Source: Candidatus Planktophila sp.
GTDB lineage: Bacteria; Actinomycetota; Actinomycetes; Nanopelagicales; Nanopelagicaceae
Length of the DNA: 64,000 bases
Direction: 5' to 3'
Assembly: GCA_040402315.1 (NCBI GenBank)
Contig: JBBAMU010000003.1
Coordinates: 1,453 to 65,452 of the forward strand
Shown here: positions 8,434-17,773 of the stretch, piece by piece
Layout: each line of letters begins with the position of its first letter
How positions within the stretch are numbered: the first letter of the stretch is position 1
Translations under genes and position numbers: made by a program
The notes under the pieces: generated by a model
The model's input: only the letters and a program-made list of their open reading frames with translations
What the model was told of the DNA's origin: nothing
The model's database searches: none

Positions 8434-9617
8434 TCGATCTTCCATCCATCTTTGATTGGACCTAAATCAATTCCCGCTGCAGCGTGATTAGTATTTTCTC
8501 CGCGAGCCATTTGGGCCGAATGTGCTGAGTTGTGCCAACGCTGCTCAATCTTGCCAAAGCGCCACAGAAGCAGGGCCACACCCCACACAACAACGAAGCC
8601 GGCGACGATGTAATAACCGGCTGAATTTAAGTTAAAGGCAAGTGCATATTCCCAAAATCCACCCGTGAGATTTAACTGCTCGGCAATTACTTGGCAGATT
8701 TCAAGGCCACCTACGAAGAGTGCAACCGCAACTGAAAGCCCAGTGATGATGATGTTGTAATACACCTTACGTACTGGTTTCGAGAATGCCCAACCGTAAG
8801 CAAAGTTCATAAATGAACCATCGATAGTGTCTAGCAAGCTCATTCCTCCGGCAAAGAAAAGTGGAAGTGAGATAACTGCCCACCATGGCAGACCGGCAAT
8901 CACAGAAGAGCCTGCAAGGACTAGTAGACCAATTTCAGTTGCGGTATCAAAACCAAGTCCAAAGAGAATTCCAAGTGGATACATCTTCCAGCTCTTATCA
9001 ATACGGCGTGCAATCGGACCAAAGAAGCGCATTAGCAGACCACGAGAGTTCAGATGCTTCTCTAACTCTTCTTCGTTATATAACCCTTTGCGCATCTTGA
9101 AAAAGACACCAACGATCGAGACCAGGACAATTAAATTTAAGATTGCAATGAGCATTAAGAATGTGCCTGAGACGGTAAGACCAATAATGCCGGTGTAGTG
9201 GTTCAGGGCAGAATCTTCATCTTTCAATTGGCTACCAACAGCCTTAATTCCGAAGGTGAGTAATATTGCAAGTGCTGCAACTACCGAGGAATGTCCGAGG
9301 GAGAAGAAGAAACCAGTCGCTAGTGGCCGCTGTCCTTCTGACATTAATTTTCGTGTTGTGTTATCGATCGCGCTGATGTGATCTGCATCGAATGCATGTC
9401 GCATGCCAAGGGTGTAAGCGAGAACGGCAGTTCCCCAGCCGAACAAGGTGCCGTCCGCTAACTTATAATTGCCCGTTGTGGCCTTCCACATGAGAAAGGC
9501 GCCTGCTACATGCAGGAATGCGATGAAGCCGAACATGAGCCCCATCCGGCGCCACTCATCGGGTGTGAGGCGATCACGCAGGGGGACGCGAGGAAGCTCG
9601 CGTACTACTTCATTCAT
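8430..9617 (-). CDS. NiCoT (HoxN/HupN/NixA) nickel/cobalt transporter
   Basis: Signature RHAFDADHISAIDNTTR, FSLGHSS, LGFDTATE; start set to ATG 9617 with GGAGAGG SD. Confidence 0.93.
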   Translation of the reverse strand: MNEVVRELPRVPLRDRLTPDEWRRMGLMFGFIAFLHVAGAFLMWKATTGNYKLADGTLFGWGTAVLAYTLGMRHAFDADHISAIDNTTRKLMSEGQRPLATGFFFSLGHSSVVAALAILLTFGIKAVGSQLKDEDSALNHYTGIIGLTVSGTFLMLIAILNLIVLVSIVGVFFKMRKGLYNEEELEKHLNSRGLLMRFFGPIARRIDKSWKMYPLGILFGLGFDTATEIGLLVLAGSSVIAGLPWWAVISLPLFFAGGMSLLDTIDGSFMNFAYGWAFSKPVRKVYYNIIITGLSVAVALFVGGLEICQVIAEQLNLTGGFWEYALAFNLNSAGYYIVAGFVVVWGVALLLWRFGKIEQRWHNSAHSAQMARGENTNHAAAGIDLGPIKDGWKID

Positions 9618-9638
9618 TGATGAGGCCTCTCCAGCTAG

Positions 9639-9655
9639 ATGCAAATGATTCGCAA
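9639..9655. promoter_or_regulatory. Putative Fur-family (Nur-like) operator upstream of NiCoT
   Basis: ATGCAA-ATGAT-TCGCAA near-palindrome resembling tTGCaa-N5-ttGCAA. Confidence 0.55.
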
Positions 9656-9775
9656 TAAGGAGAGGTTAATCGAGAATTTACCCTCGTGCCACTCGAAATA
9701 TCCACGAGCTAGCCAGCGTTAGGTCTAAAGTGCAGGAATCTGCCAAGCACGGCGTAAGCCAACGGGAGGTCAAAA

Positions 9776-10729
9776 ATGGGCGAAGACTACGGCCAAGAAG
9801 AGCTCGTTACCGAGGAGATGCTCTGGGATCGAATCCCTGAGGTCCAAGGTGAAGAACGTGCAAATACTTTCTATGAACTCTCAGCTCGAATCTTTGCTCG
9901 TGGCCAATATGACGAGGCGTTAGCGCTGGCTGAAACTGCGCGTGATATTTTTTCAGAGCTGGGTGCATCGGCGCAGAGTGAAGGTTTAGCTCAGGCGTAT
10001 TCAGCTATTGGTTACAACCTCAATCAATTAAAGCGCATGGATGAAGCAGCCACTGCAATGAGCAAGGCTGTTGCAATTCTGCGTGATAACAAGTCTCCGA
10101 TTGCCCTCGAGCTTGCCTGCACCTTGGGCGAGTGGTGGTACTCATCAAAGAATTACGAAAAAGTAATTGAGACCATGTATGAATGCTCACAAGAACATCT
10201 CGTAGATGGGAACACCATTGGTGCGGCAAATGATATGCACCTCATCGGGTGCTCCCACCGCGAGCTGAAGAATTACAACGAAGCGATTATCTGTTTCCAA
10301 GAAGCACGCAAGATGTTTAAGATGGAAAAGGAAGTTATCAATGTTGCGCGTTGCGATCAGAAGATTGCATCCTGTTATGTCGAAATTGGCGAAGGCGAAA
10401 AGGCCCTTGAAGCAGCTCGCAAATCAATCGATGTCTTTGAAACTGCCCATGATCATCGCCGGGAAACTTTTGCCCTCTTTGAATATGGCAAAGCTGAAAT
10501 ACTCCTTGAGAAGTTAGAAGATGGGCTCTGCACACTCGATGGCGTGCTTCAAATCATTGCTGAAGATGAGCCTAAAGATTTCGATTTCATTCTTGATATT
10601 GAAACTCGCATGGTTGCGGTGATGCGCAAACTCGGACGCATGGAAGAAGCTGATGAAGTCGATCGTCGTCTTGCCACTGTGCGAGAGGCGCTAGAAAGTG
10701 ACGAAGCTCCTAAAGAAGACGGCTTCTAA
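9776..10729 (+). CDS. Acidic tetratricopeptide-repeat protein
   Basis: Repeated helical TPR-like units (AYSAIGYNL..L.R.DEA, A.CDQKIA.CY..IGE.EKA); GGGAGG SD. Confidence 0.75.
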   Translation: MGEDYGQEELVTEEMLWDRIPEVQGEERANTFYELSARIFARGQYDEALALAETARDIFSELGASAQSEGLAQAYSAIGYNLNQLKRMDEAATAMSKAVAILRDNKSPIALELACTLGEWWYSSKNYEKVIETMYECSQEHLVDGNTIGAANDMHLIGCSHRELKNYNEAIICFQEARKMFKMEKEVINVARCDQKIASCYVEIGEGEKALEAARKSIDVFETAHDHRRETFALFEYGKAEILLEKLEDGLCTLDGVLQIIAEDEPKDFDFILDIETRMVAVMRKLGRMEEADEVDRRLATVREALESDEAPKEDGF

Positions 10730-10736
10730 AGCAACG

Positions 10737-11387
10737 CTAAGACTTACGCGGTAAGTGCTGCAGGGCCCAGTGATACATCGCAATAGCACCGGCGGCTGAT
10801 GCGTTCATAGAACGTGTTGATCCGTACTGTTCAATGGCGTAGAGAACTTCACAGACTGCAATTCCCTCATCTGACATTCCAGCACCTTCTTGCCCAAATA
10901 AAAGGACGCACTTTTCAGGTAGAGCCGAGCCTTCTAAGTGCTTTGAAGAAGGAACATTGTCGATTCCAATGATGGGAATTTTGTTTTCTTTACACCACGT
11001 TGCAAAGTCAGCAACGGTGGGGTGGTGCATCACTGTTAGGTAGCGATCGGTCACCATAGCTCCACGTTTATTCCAATCGCGTTTGCCGATGATGTGGACA
11101 ATCGAGACATTAAATGCATTTGCAGTTCTCACAACAGATCCAATATTTAAATCATGTTGCCAGTTCTCAATTGCAATTTGTAGCTTATGACGTTTACTTT
11201 CGAGGTCGGCGACAATAGCTGCGACCGACCAATATCGGTAATAATCGAGAACATTTCTGCGGTCACCGTTTTCCAGTAACTCTGGGTCATATTGAGCACC
11301 TGTTGGCCATGGCTTCTCATGTGGACCGACTCCGACTACTGGGAAAAATTCACCGGGTCCTATGACTGCAGGTGTGTTGATTTCCAT
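10737..11387 (-). CDS. TrmH/SpoU family RNA methyltransferase
   Basis: NIGSVVRTANAF, LFGQEGAG, RSMNASAA SPOUT motifs. Confidence 0.9.
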   Translation of the reverse strand: MEINTPAVIGPGEFFPVVGVGPHEKPWPTGAQYDPELLENGDRRNVLDYYRYWSVAAIVADLESKRHKLQIAIENWQHDLNIGSVVRTANAFNVSIVHIIGKRDWNKRGAMVTDRYLTVMHHPTVADFATWCKENKIPIIGIDNVPSSKHLEGSALPEKCVLLFGQEGAGMSDEGIAVCEVLYAIEQYGSTRSMNASAAGAIAMYHWALQHLPRKS

Positions 11388-11431
11388 GGATGCACTCTAA
11401 ACTTACTTTACTGTTATCACCAAGGAGTGTC

Positions 11432-12691
11432 ATGAACATAGTTTTTCGTAATGTGAAGATACGCCTACCGAAAATTTCGCTCTGGATGGCGATAGCAGCC
11501 CTAATTGGGAGCATTAGCTTGTACCCACAAAGTGCATCTGCGCTAGAGCCAAACTCTGTTGCATCTGTGTTTAATAGATATATTGAAAATAAGTACCTAG
11601 CAAACCCTTCAGTTGTTGTCATTGATCAGCTCGACGGCGCTGTCGTGTACGAAAAGGGGGCGAATTCGCTACGTAAGCCGGCATCTATTCAAAAGATTTT
11701 CATGGGTGTGGCAGCAGTCATGCATCTGCCTATGGATCAGGTCTTTCCCACTTCGCTCTGGGTGGGCACAGAACCAAATAGTTTGGTGATTCAGGGGAGT
11801 TACGACCCGTGGATTAGTACTAGTTCCAAGCTTGCCGAAAAGATGGGCCGGACATCTTTGCCCCGCTTTGAATTCAACTCTCTCAAGGCACTGAAAGATG
11901 CGAACTCTGGATCTATCAAAAATTTCACGTTGTACTACTCAAGTCTTTTTACATCTGATAGCGAACATATTAGACAGTTCTTTCGCAAGAAAGGCATTAC
12001 TGCCACAATGAAGAGAGTGAGCATGGAGACAGCGCTCACTCTTTCAGAGAAACTAATTCTGGGTTCACAATCACCTGTACTTGAGGAGATTCTTGGCTAT
12101 GCAGTTGCATGGAGTGATAACACACTCTCAGAGCGGATTGCCCGACTTAGCTCAGTAGCTGCAGGCAACACCTTTGATCAGGCTGGCGTTGCAGATACTT
12201 TCTCAAATGCATTGGCAGAACTTGGAATCGAATCTTCGAAGATGATTGTCAAAGATGCCAGCGGGTTATCCAAGGAGAATCGGGTCACCGCAAATCAGGT
12301 TGCTCAATTACTCGTGAAAATTAGAACAGATGAACGCTTCGTTCCACTGATTAACGGTTTTCCGATAAGTGGTATTTCTGGCACCCTACGAAACCGATTT
12401 ACTGAAACCGCCCCAGATGCAGTCGGTCTAGTGAAAGCAAAGACTGGAACACTGAGTAATACAACTAATTTAGCAGGATATGTTGAGTCTGGTGATCGTG
12501 AATATGCCTTTGTCATCATTTCAGATAGGCATGTAAAGACTTATTCTGTCGCTAACCGAATACGAAATCTGGTTGATCGGATTCTGGGAAAGATTGCAGC
12601 TCCGTTTTTTCCTAGCGTTCAACCAGAACCGGTGCCAGCGCCAGAACTAGAACCAGAATTAGAGATTGCTAGTTCTGAAATACCTTTATAG
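11432..12691 (+). CDS. dacB: D-alanyl-D-alanine carboxypeptidase/endopeptidase (PBP4, peptidase S13)
   Basis: PASIQK (SxxK), SDN, DASGLS, KTGTL motifs; AAGGAG SD before ATG 11432. Confidence 0.87.
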   Translation: MNIVFRNVKIRLPKISLWMAIAALIGSISLYPQSASALEPNSVASVFNRYIENKYLANPSVVVIDQLDGAVVYEKGANSLRKPASIQKIFMGVAAVMHLPMDQVFPTSLWVGTEPNSLVIQGSYDPWISTSSKLAEKMGRTSLPRFEFNSLKALKDANSGSIKNFTLYYSSLFTSDSEHIRQFFRKKGITATMKRVSMETALTLSEKLILGSQSPVLEEILGYAVAWSDNTLSERIARLSSVAAGNTFDQAGVADTFSNALAELGIESSKMIVKDASGLSKENRVTANQVAQLLVKIRTDERFVPLINGFPISGISGTLRNRFTETAPDAVGLVKAKTGTLSNTTNLAGYVESGDREYAFVIISDRHVKTYSVANRIRNLVDRILGKIAAPFFPSVQPEPVPAPELEPELEIASSEIPL

Positions 12692-13751
12692 AACCTTCGT
12701 AACAGGCAACCCAGGTTCGTTCAGTCTCATTATCGTAGGTAACTCCAATAGGTTCTTTGCAGACTTTAATGTTTTGGATAATTGAAAGATCGGCGGCCCG
12801 TAACTTCGTCATGGTTCCGCTTTTGAAGTTAACAACAAAGAGTGCTGTGCCATCACCGTTTAGTGCCAAACTCCGGGCTGCAAGACCAGTCTTTACGCTT
12901 TTTATTGCCTTGTTCTCTTCCAGATTCCAAGCAATAACTTTCCCTGAGATGTTAAGGGTGGCGTAAAGAGTTTTATCATCTGGCGATAATTGAATCGCTC
13001 GTGGGTTTGATCCGATTGGAATTAAGGTCTTACTAAAGTCATCTAAATCAATTCGGTGGATATTGCTTCCACCCATCTCGGCAACATAGGCGTACTTACT
13101 ATCTGAGGAAATTGAAATACCTCTCGGATACCGACCAATCTTTATCGTTTTTATTAATTTTTGTTTGTCAACTGAAATGACTGAAACTGTGTATGAACAC
13201 CAGTTGCTCACCAAAACATATTTGTTATCAGGTGAAACGCTGACAACTTTTGGCACTGATCCCACGGGATAGATCGCATCAATTGTGTAATCTGCTAAGT
13301 TGATCCGAGATAGATAACTGGAATCAAACCCGGAGGAAGGCGAACAAACATCGTGACCCTCTTTACTAAAACCTTTTCCATACATCGAATAATTAGTGAA
13401 GTAGAGATACTGTGAATCTGGCGAGTACGCACCTTCTACGGGAGCACCTCGATGAGTGCCCGAAAATCCTGGAATCTCTAGCGCTGAAAGTGATACAGAA
13501 TCTTTGACTGTCGTAACTAATTCAAGAGAACGTGAGTCAAAAATTGTGACGCTATGTTGGTACATCATATTGTGCGCACTCACCAAGCCGCTCTGCGATG
13601 CGGCTACCGATTTAGGGCTCAAAGAACCGGTGAAGGTCTTAATCAACTGCATCTTGGATTCAGCTGGCTCACTTGCAAGTACTGGGTAGGCAAAGAGCAG
13701 GGGAGTCAAAGCTGCTATACAGAGGGCAACTGTGACTTTGGTCTTATGCAT
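12669..13751 (-). CDS. Secreted YVTN/YncE-like beta-propeller protein
   Basis: Signal peptide; repeats such as VGSVPKVVSVSPD, IGRYPRGISIS, IGSNPRAIQLSPD. Confidence 0.82.
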   Translation of the reverse strand: MHKTKVTVALCIAALTPLLFAYPVLASEPAESKMQLIKTFTGSLSPKSVAASQSGLVSAHNMMYQHSVTIFDSRSLELVTTVKDSVSLSALEIPGFSGTHRGAPVEGAYSPDSQYLYFTNYSMYGKGFSKEGHDVCSPSSGFDSSYLSRINLADYTIDAIYPVGSVPKVVSVSPDNKYVLVSNWCSYTVSVISVDKQKLIKTIKIGRYPRGISISSDSKYAYVAEMGGSNIHRIDLDDFSKTLIPIGSNPRAIQLSPDDKTLYATLNISGKVIAWNLEENKAIKSVKTGLAARSLALNGDGTALFVVNFKSGTMTKLRAADLSIIQNIKVCKEPIGVTYDNETERTWVACYEGSIKVFQN

Positions 13752-13790
13752 GCCGGCAAGAGTACTAGTGCAAAAAGGTAGGCTATGCGT

Positions 13791-14660
13791 ATGAAGTTAG
13801 TGCGCGCATATCTAGACCTGATGAAGTTACGCGTGGTTGAACTCCTAATAATTACAACTCTACCTGCCATGGTTTTGGCAGAAAAAGGGCTACCAAGTTT
13901 TGGTTTGGTTGCAGCGACCCTTGTCGGTGGCACGTTAGCAGCAGGCGCATCAAATGCTTTCAATATGGTGCTTGAGGTCGAAACCGACAAGCTAATGGCC
14001 CGAACTTCAAAGCGGCCTTTAGTAACAGGATCTATTACCCGAACTCATGCAATTATCTTCGCTTCCGCAATAACGGTTATATCTCTTGTGATTTTTCAAA
14101 TCTTTACAACCGAATTAGCAACTCTTCTTGCGGCGTTAGCAATTTTCTACTATGTAGTCATTTATACAATCATTCTTAAGCCCAACACTTCACAAAATAT
14201 TGTTTGGGGTGGCGCAGCTGGTTGTATGCCAGTTCTTATTGGATGGGCTGCTGTTACAGGATCGCTCACGCTCGTTCCTGTCGCATTCTTTCTGGTGGTC
14301 TTTTTCTGGACACCACCTCATTTCTGGGCCCTTGCAATTAAATATAAAGATGATTACTCGGCGGCAGGAATTCCTATGTTGCCCTCGGTATCAACACAAT
14401 CTAACGTCATCAATCAGATGTGGTTTCACACGATTGCAATGGTGGTCTCCTCTGCAGCCTTGATTCAATTGGCAGGACTGCCAGTGTGGGTTCTATGTGC
14501 CACCGTACTTCTTGGAGCAGTCTTTACATTCCAGTTATTTGCACTTAAAGAAGATTCAGATAATTATAATAAAGTCGCGGCAGGAATCTTCCATTGGTCG
14601 ATAACTTACTTGAGTTTACTCTCAGTATTACTTGTCGTGGCTCAGTTATTGAGTGCTTGA
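13791..14660 (+). CDS. ctaB: Protoheme IX farnesyltransferase (heme o synthase)
   Basis: D.LM.RT.KRPL, NIVWGGAAG, FFWTPPHFWALA, DYSAAGIPMLP. Confidence 0.93.
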   Translation: MKLVRAYLDLMKLRVVELLIITTLPAMVLAEKGLPSFGLVAATLVGGTLAAGASNAFNMVLEVETDKLMARTSKRPLVTGSITRTHAIIFASAITVISLVIFQIFTTELATLLAALAIFYYVVIYTIILKPNTSQNIVWGGAAGCMPVLIGWAAVTGSLTLVPVAFFLVVFFWTPPHFWALAIKYKDDYSAAGIPMLPSVSTQSNVINQMWFHTIAMVVSSAALIQLAGLPVWVLCATVLLGAVFTFQLFALKEDSDNYNKVAAGIFHWSITYLSLLSVLLVVAQLLSA

Positions 14661-15865
14661 TTTAAATCTTTGATCAAATCATCGATATGTTCTAAACCGA
14701 CTGAAAGTCTAAGAACAGATGGTGTAATTCCCATCTTCACCTGATCATCAGCGCTCAGGCGCCGCTGAGTAGTCGAAGCAGGATGAGTAATCAGCGACTT
14801 GCTGTCGCCGAGGTTATTTGAAATATCAATAACACAGAGTGCATCCATAAAAGCAAAGGCTTCTCGCTGTGAACCAGCAAATTCAATACCTATAGTCGTT
14901 CCACCAGCACTCATTTGTTTCTTAGCTAATTCGTGATCTGGATGTGAAGGCAAGCCTGGGTAGCGAACACTCTTAATCTTTGGGTGTCCTTCAAGGAATT
15001 CCGCAATAGCCTGCGCGCTTTCTGACATGCGCATAACGCGAAGTTCCATAGTTTCAAGTGACTTCACAAGTACCCAGGCGTTAAATGCACTCAGCGTTGG
15101 TCCGGTATGTCGAACGAAAGGAATCAATTTTTCGAAGATATACGAAAACGATCCGAGAATTGCGCCCGCAAGGACTCGTCCTTGACCGTCAATGTGTTTC
15201 GTTGCTGAATACATCACTACATCCGCACCCAGTTCCAGCGGCTTTTGCAAAACAGGCGATGCCATCACGTTATCAACAATCACGGTTGCGCCAACTTTGT
15301 GAGCCAAATCTGAGACAAATCTGATATCAACAATTTCAAGGAGTGGATTACTTGGAGTTTCAAGAAATACTGCCTTAACTTTCTTAGACAGTGCTTTCTC
15401 CCAGCCAGCTTTATCATTTGCTTTAACTAATTCGTAAGTCACGCCCCACTTAGGCAAGATTTCAGTAATAACAACATGGCATGAGCTAAACATCGCAGCT
15501 GAAGCAACGACATGGTCACCAGCTTCGAGAATACAAGCTAGGGATGCAAACATTGCTGCCATTCCAGATGCGGTTGCTACACAGTGCTCTGCTCCTTCAA
15601 TGGCTGCCAAGCGCTTTTCGAACATGGCAACAGTTGGATTATGAAAGCGGCTATAGAGAAAATGATCGGTTTGGTCGGTAAAAGCATCGACTGCTTCTTG
15701 TGAATCGGTGTAGGTAAATCCGCTGTTGAGATAGAGCGCCTCAGATGTCTCACCGAATCCAGAACGAGCAAGTCCTTCGCGAACTGCTGAAGTTTGAGGA
15801 TGAACTACCCACTCGGGCTCGCGACGTTTTGGGTGTTCGTGATAACCCCAGACCTCTTTACTCAT
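14642..15865 (-). CDS. metZ: O-succinylhomoserine sulfhydrylase (PLP trans-sulfuration family)
   Basis: ETSEALYLNSGF, YSRFHNPT, YSATKHIDGQGR, NNLGDSKSLITHPASTT. Confidence 0.88.
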   Translation of the reverse strand: MSKEVWGYHEHPKRREPEWVVHPQTSAVREGLARSGFGETSEALYLNSGFTYTDSQEAVDAFTDQTDHFLYSRFHNPTVAMFEKRLAAIEGAEHCVATASGMAAMFASLACILEAGDHVVASAAMFSSCHVVITEILPKWGVTYELVKANDKAGWEKALSKKVKAVFLETPSNPLLEIVDIRFVSDLAHKVGATVIVDNVMASPVLQKPLELGADVVMYSATKHIDGQGRVLAGAILGSFSYIFEKLIPFVRHTGPTLSAFNAWVLVKSLETMELRVMRMSESAQAIAEFLEGHPKIKSVRYPGLPSHPDHELAKKQMSAGGTTIGIEFAGSQREAFAFMDALCVIDISNNLGDSKSLITHPASTTQRRLSADDQVKMGITPSVLRLSVGLEHIDDLIKDLNQALNN

Positions 15866-15901
15866 AAGAGCATTCTAAGGTTTGGATGGTAAATTGCACA
15901 T

Positions 15902-16810
15902 ATGACTATTATCGCGATATCTGTCAAAGATCTCAGCAAGAAATACGATTCTGGCTTTGCAGTCTCGCACGCAAATTTTGAAGTTCCCCTGGGCACCATC
16001 TGTGGGTTCGTTGGTCCTAATGGAGCGGGTAAGACAACAACTATTCGTATGCTGCTCGGCTTGATCTCACCTACGGGCGGAACTGCGGAAATTCTTGGGC
16101 AATCCATCAATCACCCAGATAAATACCTTTCACAAGTGGGCGCGATGATTGAAGGGCCGGCCTTTTATCCGGCGCTGTCAGGTGTGGAAAATCTTAAAGT
16201 CCTGGCAACTTTGGGTGGCTTTCCGGTAGCTCGAGTAGAAGAACTCATTCGAATGGTTGGACTCGAGGGGCGCGGTCAATCGAAATATAAAACGTATTCA
16301 CTTGGCATGAAGCAGCGATTGGGTATTGCTGCAGCCCTGCTGCCGAATCCAAAGATTTTGATACTAGATGAACCAACCAATGGATTAGATCCAGAAGGTA
16401 TTCAAGAAGTTCGCGACTTACTCAAAAAGCTAGCTTCACAGGGCACCACAGTTTTCGTCTCATCACATCTACTTTCAGAGCTAGAACTCATCAGTGAATA
16501 CATCGTTATGTTGCGAAAAGGCGAAGTTGTATTTGCAGGCCCACTTCTAGAACTTATGCAAGCGCAGCAGCCACTGATTTTGGTGAAGACACAAAACCTC
16601 ACAGACCTGCAGAAAATTATTGAGATTGCCGAGCAAGATGGACATAAGGCCACTATCCGCTCTGAAGTTGCACATATTGAAGGTCCAGAAGAGTGGGCGG
16701 GAACTCTTAATAAAAAAGCTTTTGAAGCAGGCATTGTCCTTACTCAACTTGCTCCACAACTTCCTAACCTGGAAGAGACATTCTTTGAAATGACTGGAGA
16801 TCGTTCATGA
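15902..16810 (+). CDS. ABC exporter ATP-binding protein (BcrA-like)
   Basis: GPNGAGKTT, YSLGMKQRLG, LDEPTNGLDP. Confidence 0.88.
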   Translation: MTIIAISVKDLSKKYDSGFAVSHANFEVPLGTICGFVGPNGAGKTTTIRMLLGLISPTGGTAEILGQSINHPDKYLSQVGAMIEGPAFYPALSGVENLKVLATLGGFPVARVEELIRMVGLEGRGQSKYKTYSLGMKQRLGIAAALLPNPKILILDEPTNGLDPEGIQEVRDLLKKLASQGTTVFVSSHLLSELELISEYIVMLRKGEVVFAGPLLELMQAQQPLILVKTQNLTDLQKIIEIAEQDGHKATIRSEVAHIEGPEEWAGTLNKKAFEAGIVLTQLAPQLPNLEETFFEMTGDRS

Positions 16811-17598
16811 TTCGCGTGATTATGGCCGAATGGCGCAAGTTGCGCAGGCCAACGCTTTTTCTTGGCACTATAGGTGCTGCACTTTTCTTCACTGGTCTCA
16901 CGAGTATTTTTCTCTACCTCATGATTGACTCTGAAAGAGGAAACTCAGATCGTGGGCGCCAGGTAAGTCGAGAAGTTCTGGAATTAGCTGGGGGCTCTGT
17001 ATTTGGATTTGCGTCAGTGGGTGGGTTACTTGGGGTCATTGCACTCTGCGTTTTTGCCGCACAGACTGCGCAGGAGTACACCTACGGAACTTTAAGAAAT
17101 CTGCTTGTACGCCAACCTGGGCGACTTCGAATTTTAGCTGGCAAATTAATTGCTATGAAACTCTTTGCGCTCGTTTTAGTAATTATCTCGGCCATCGTGA
17201 GTATTGGGATTTCCGTTGCTTTATCTGGCCGTGCCAAAGTTGTGACAGATTTATGGTTTACGGCACCGGGCTTCCATGCAATCGGTCAGACTCTACTTAA
17301 TGTCAGCATTTCAGTGATCTACTTTGGCATCGTCGGAATGGTCTTAGGACTGCTCTTTCGCTCACCAATTTCAGCAATCTCCATCGGAGTTTTGTGGCTT
17401 CTCATTATTGAAAATCTCATCGGCGCCGTTAAACCAGTAACACTGGATTGGATGCCTGGAAATCAACTATCAGTAATTGCCCAAGGTGGTAGCCCAGATG
17501 TTTCATATTCGCATGCGTTAATTCTGGGAACTCTTTATGTATTGGCTGGATCGATTGTCGCTGCAACGCTTTTCTCTCGAAGAGATGTGGCTAACTAA
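16807..17598 (+). CDS. ABC-2 type permease
   Basis: AEWRKL start, EYTYGTLR..L..QP.R, FSRRDV end; about 6 TM. Confidence 0.85.
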   Translation: MIRVIMAEWRKLRRPTLFLGTIGAALFFTGLTSIFLYLMIDSERGNSDRGRQVSREVLELAGGSVFGFASVGGLLGVIALCVFAAQTAQEYTYGTLRNLLVRQPGRLRILAGKLIAMKLFALVLVIISAIVSIGISVALSGRAKVVTDLWFTAPGFHAIGQTLLNVSISVIYFGIVGMVLGLLFRSPISAISIGVLWLLIIENLIGAVKPVTLDWMPGNQLSVIAQGGSPDVSYSHALILGTLYVLAGSIVAATLFSRRDVAN

Positions 17599-17669
17599 CG
17601 AAACAAGGCCAATTGCCCTAATTAATTATTTGCATCTGACTTCTTCTTCAATCCGCGGTAGCCAACGCT

Positions 17670-17770
17670 TAGTCAGACTCACCCTTATCGCAGGGCTTAG
17701 AAGGTCCAAACTCGTTTGACTGTGCTGGACTTGATTATGCCGCAGATAGACCTGCCGGGTCTAACCTAGA
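17670..17770 (+). pseudogene. Possible NlpC/P60 peptidase remnant
   Basis: Frame at 17700 reads EGPNSFDCAGL; upstream PYR in a shifted frame; in-frame TAG at 17670 and no start codon. Confidence 0.45.
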
Positions 17771-17773
17771 CCC

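Noticed and set aside
8430-9617. NiCoT as the cobalt supplier of the cob islet
   Set aside because: It lies outside the repeats, has no B12 riboswitch, and salvage of cobalt-containing corrinoids needs no free cobalt
12618-12665. Short ccagaa-type repeats at the dacB 3' end
   Set aside because: They encode a Pro/Glu low-complexity tail; not a CRISPR array or mobile repeat
15866-15901. SAM riboswitch upstream of metZ
   Set aside because: Only 36 bp of intergenic space, and the -10 sits 6 nt from the ATG, leaving no leader
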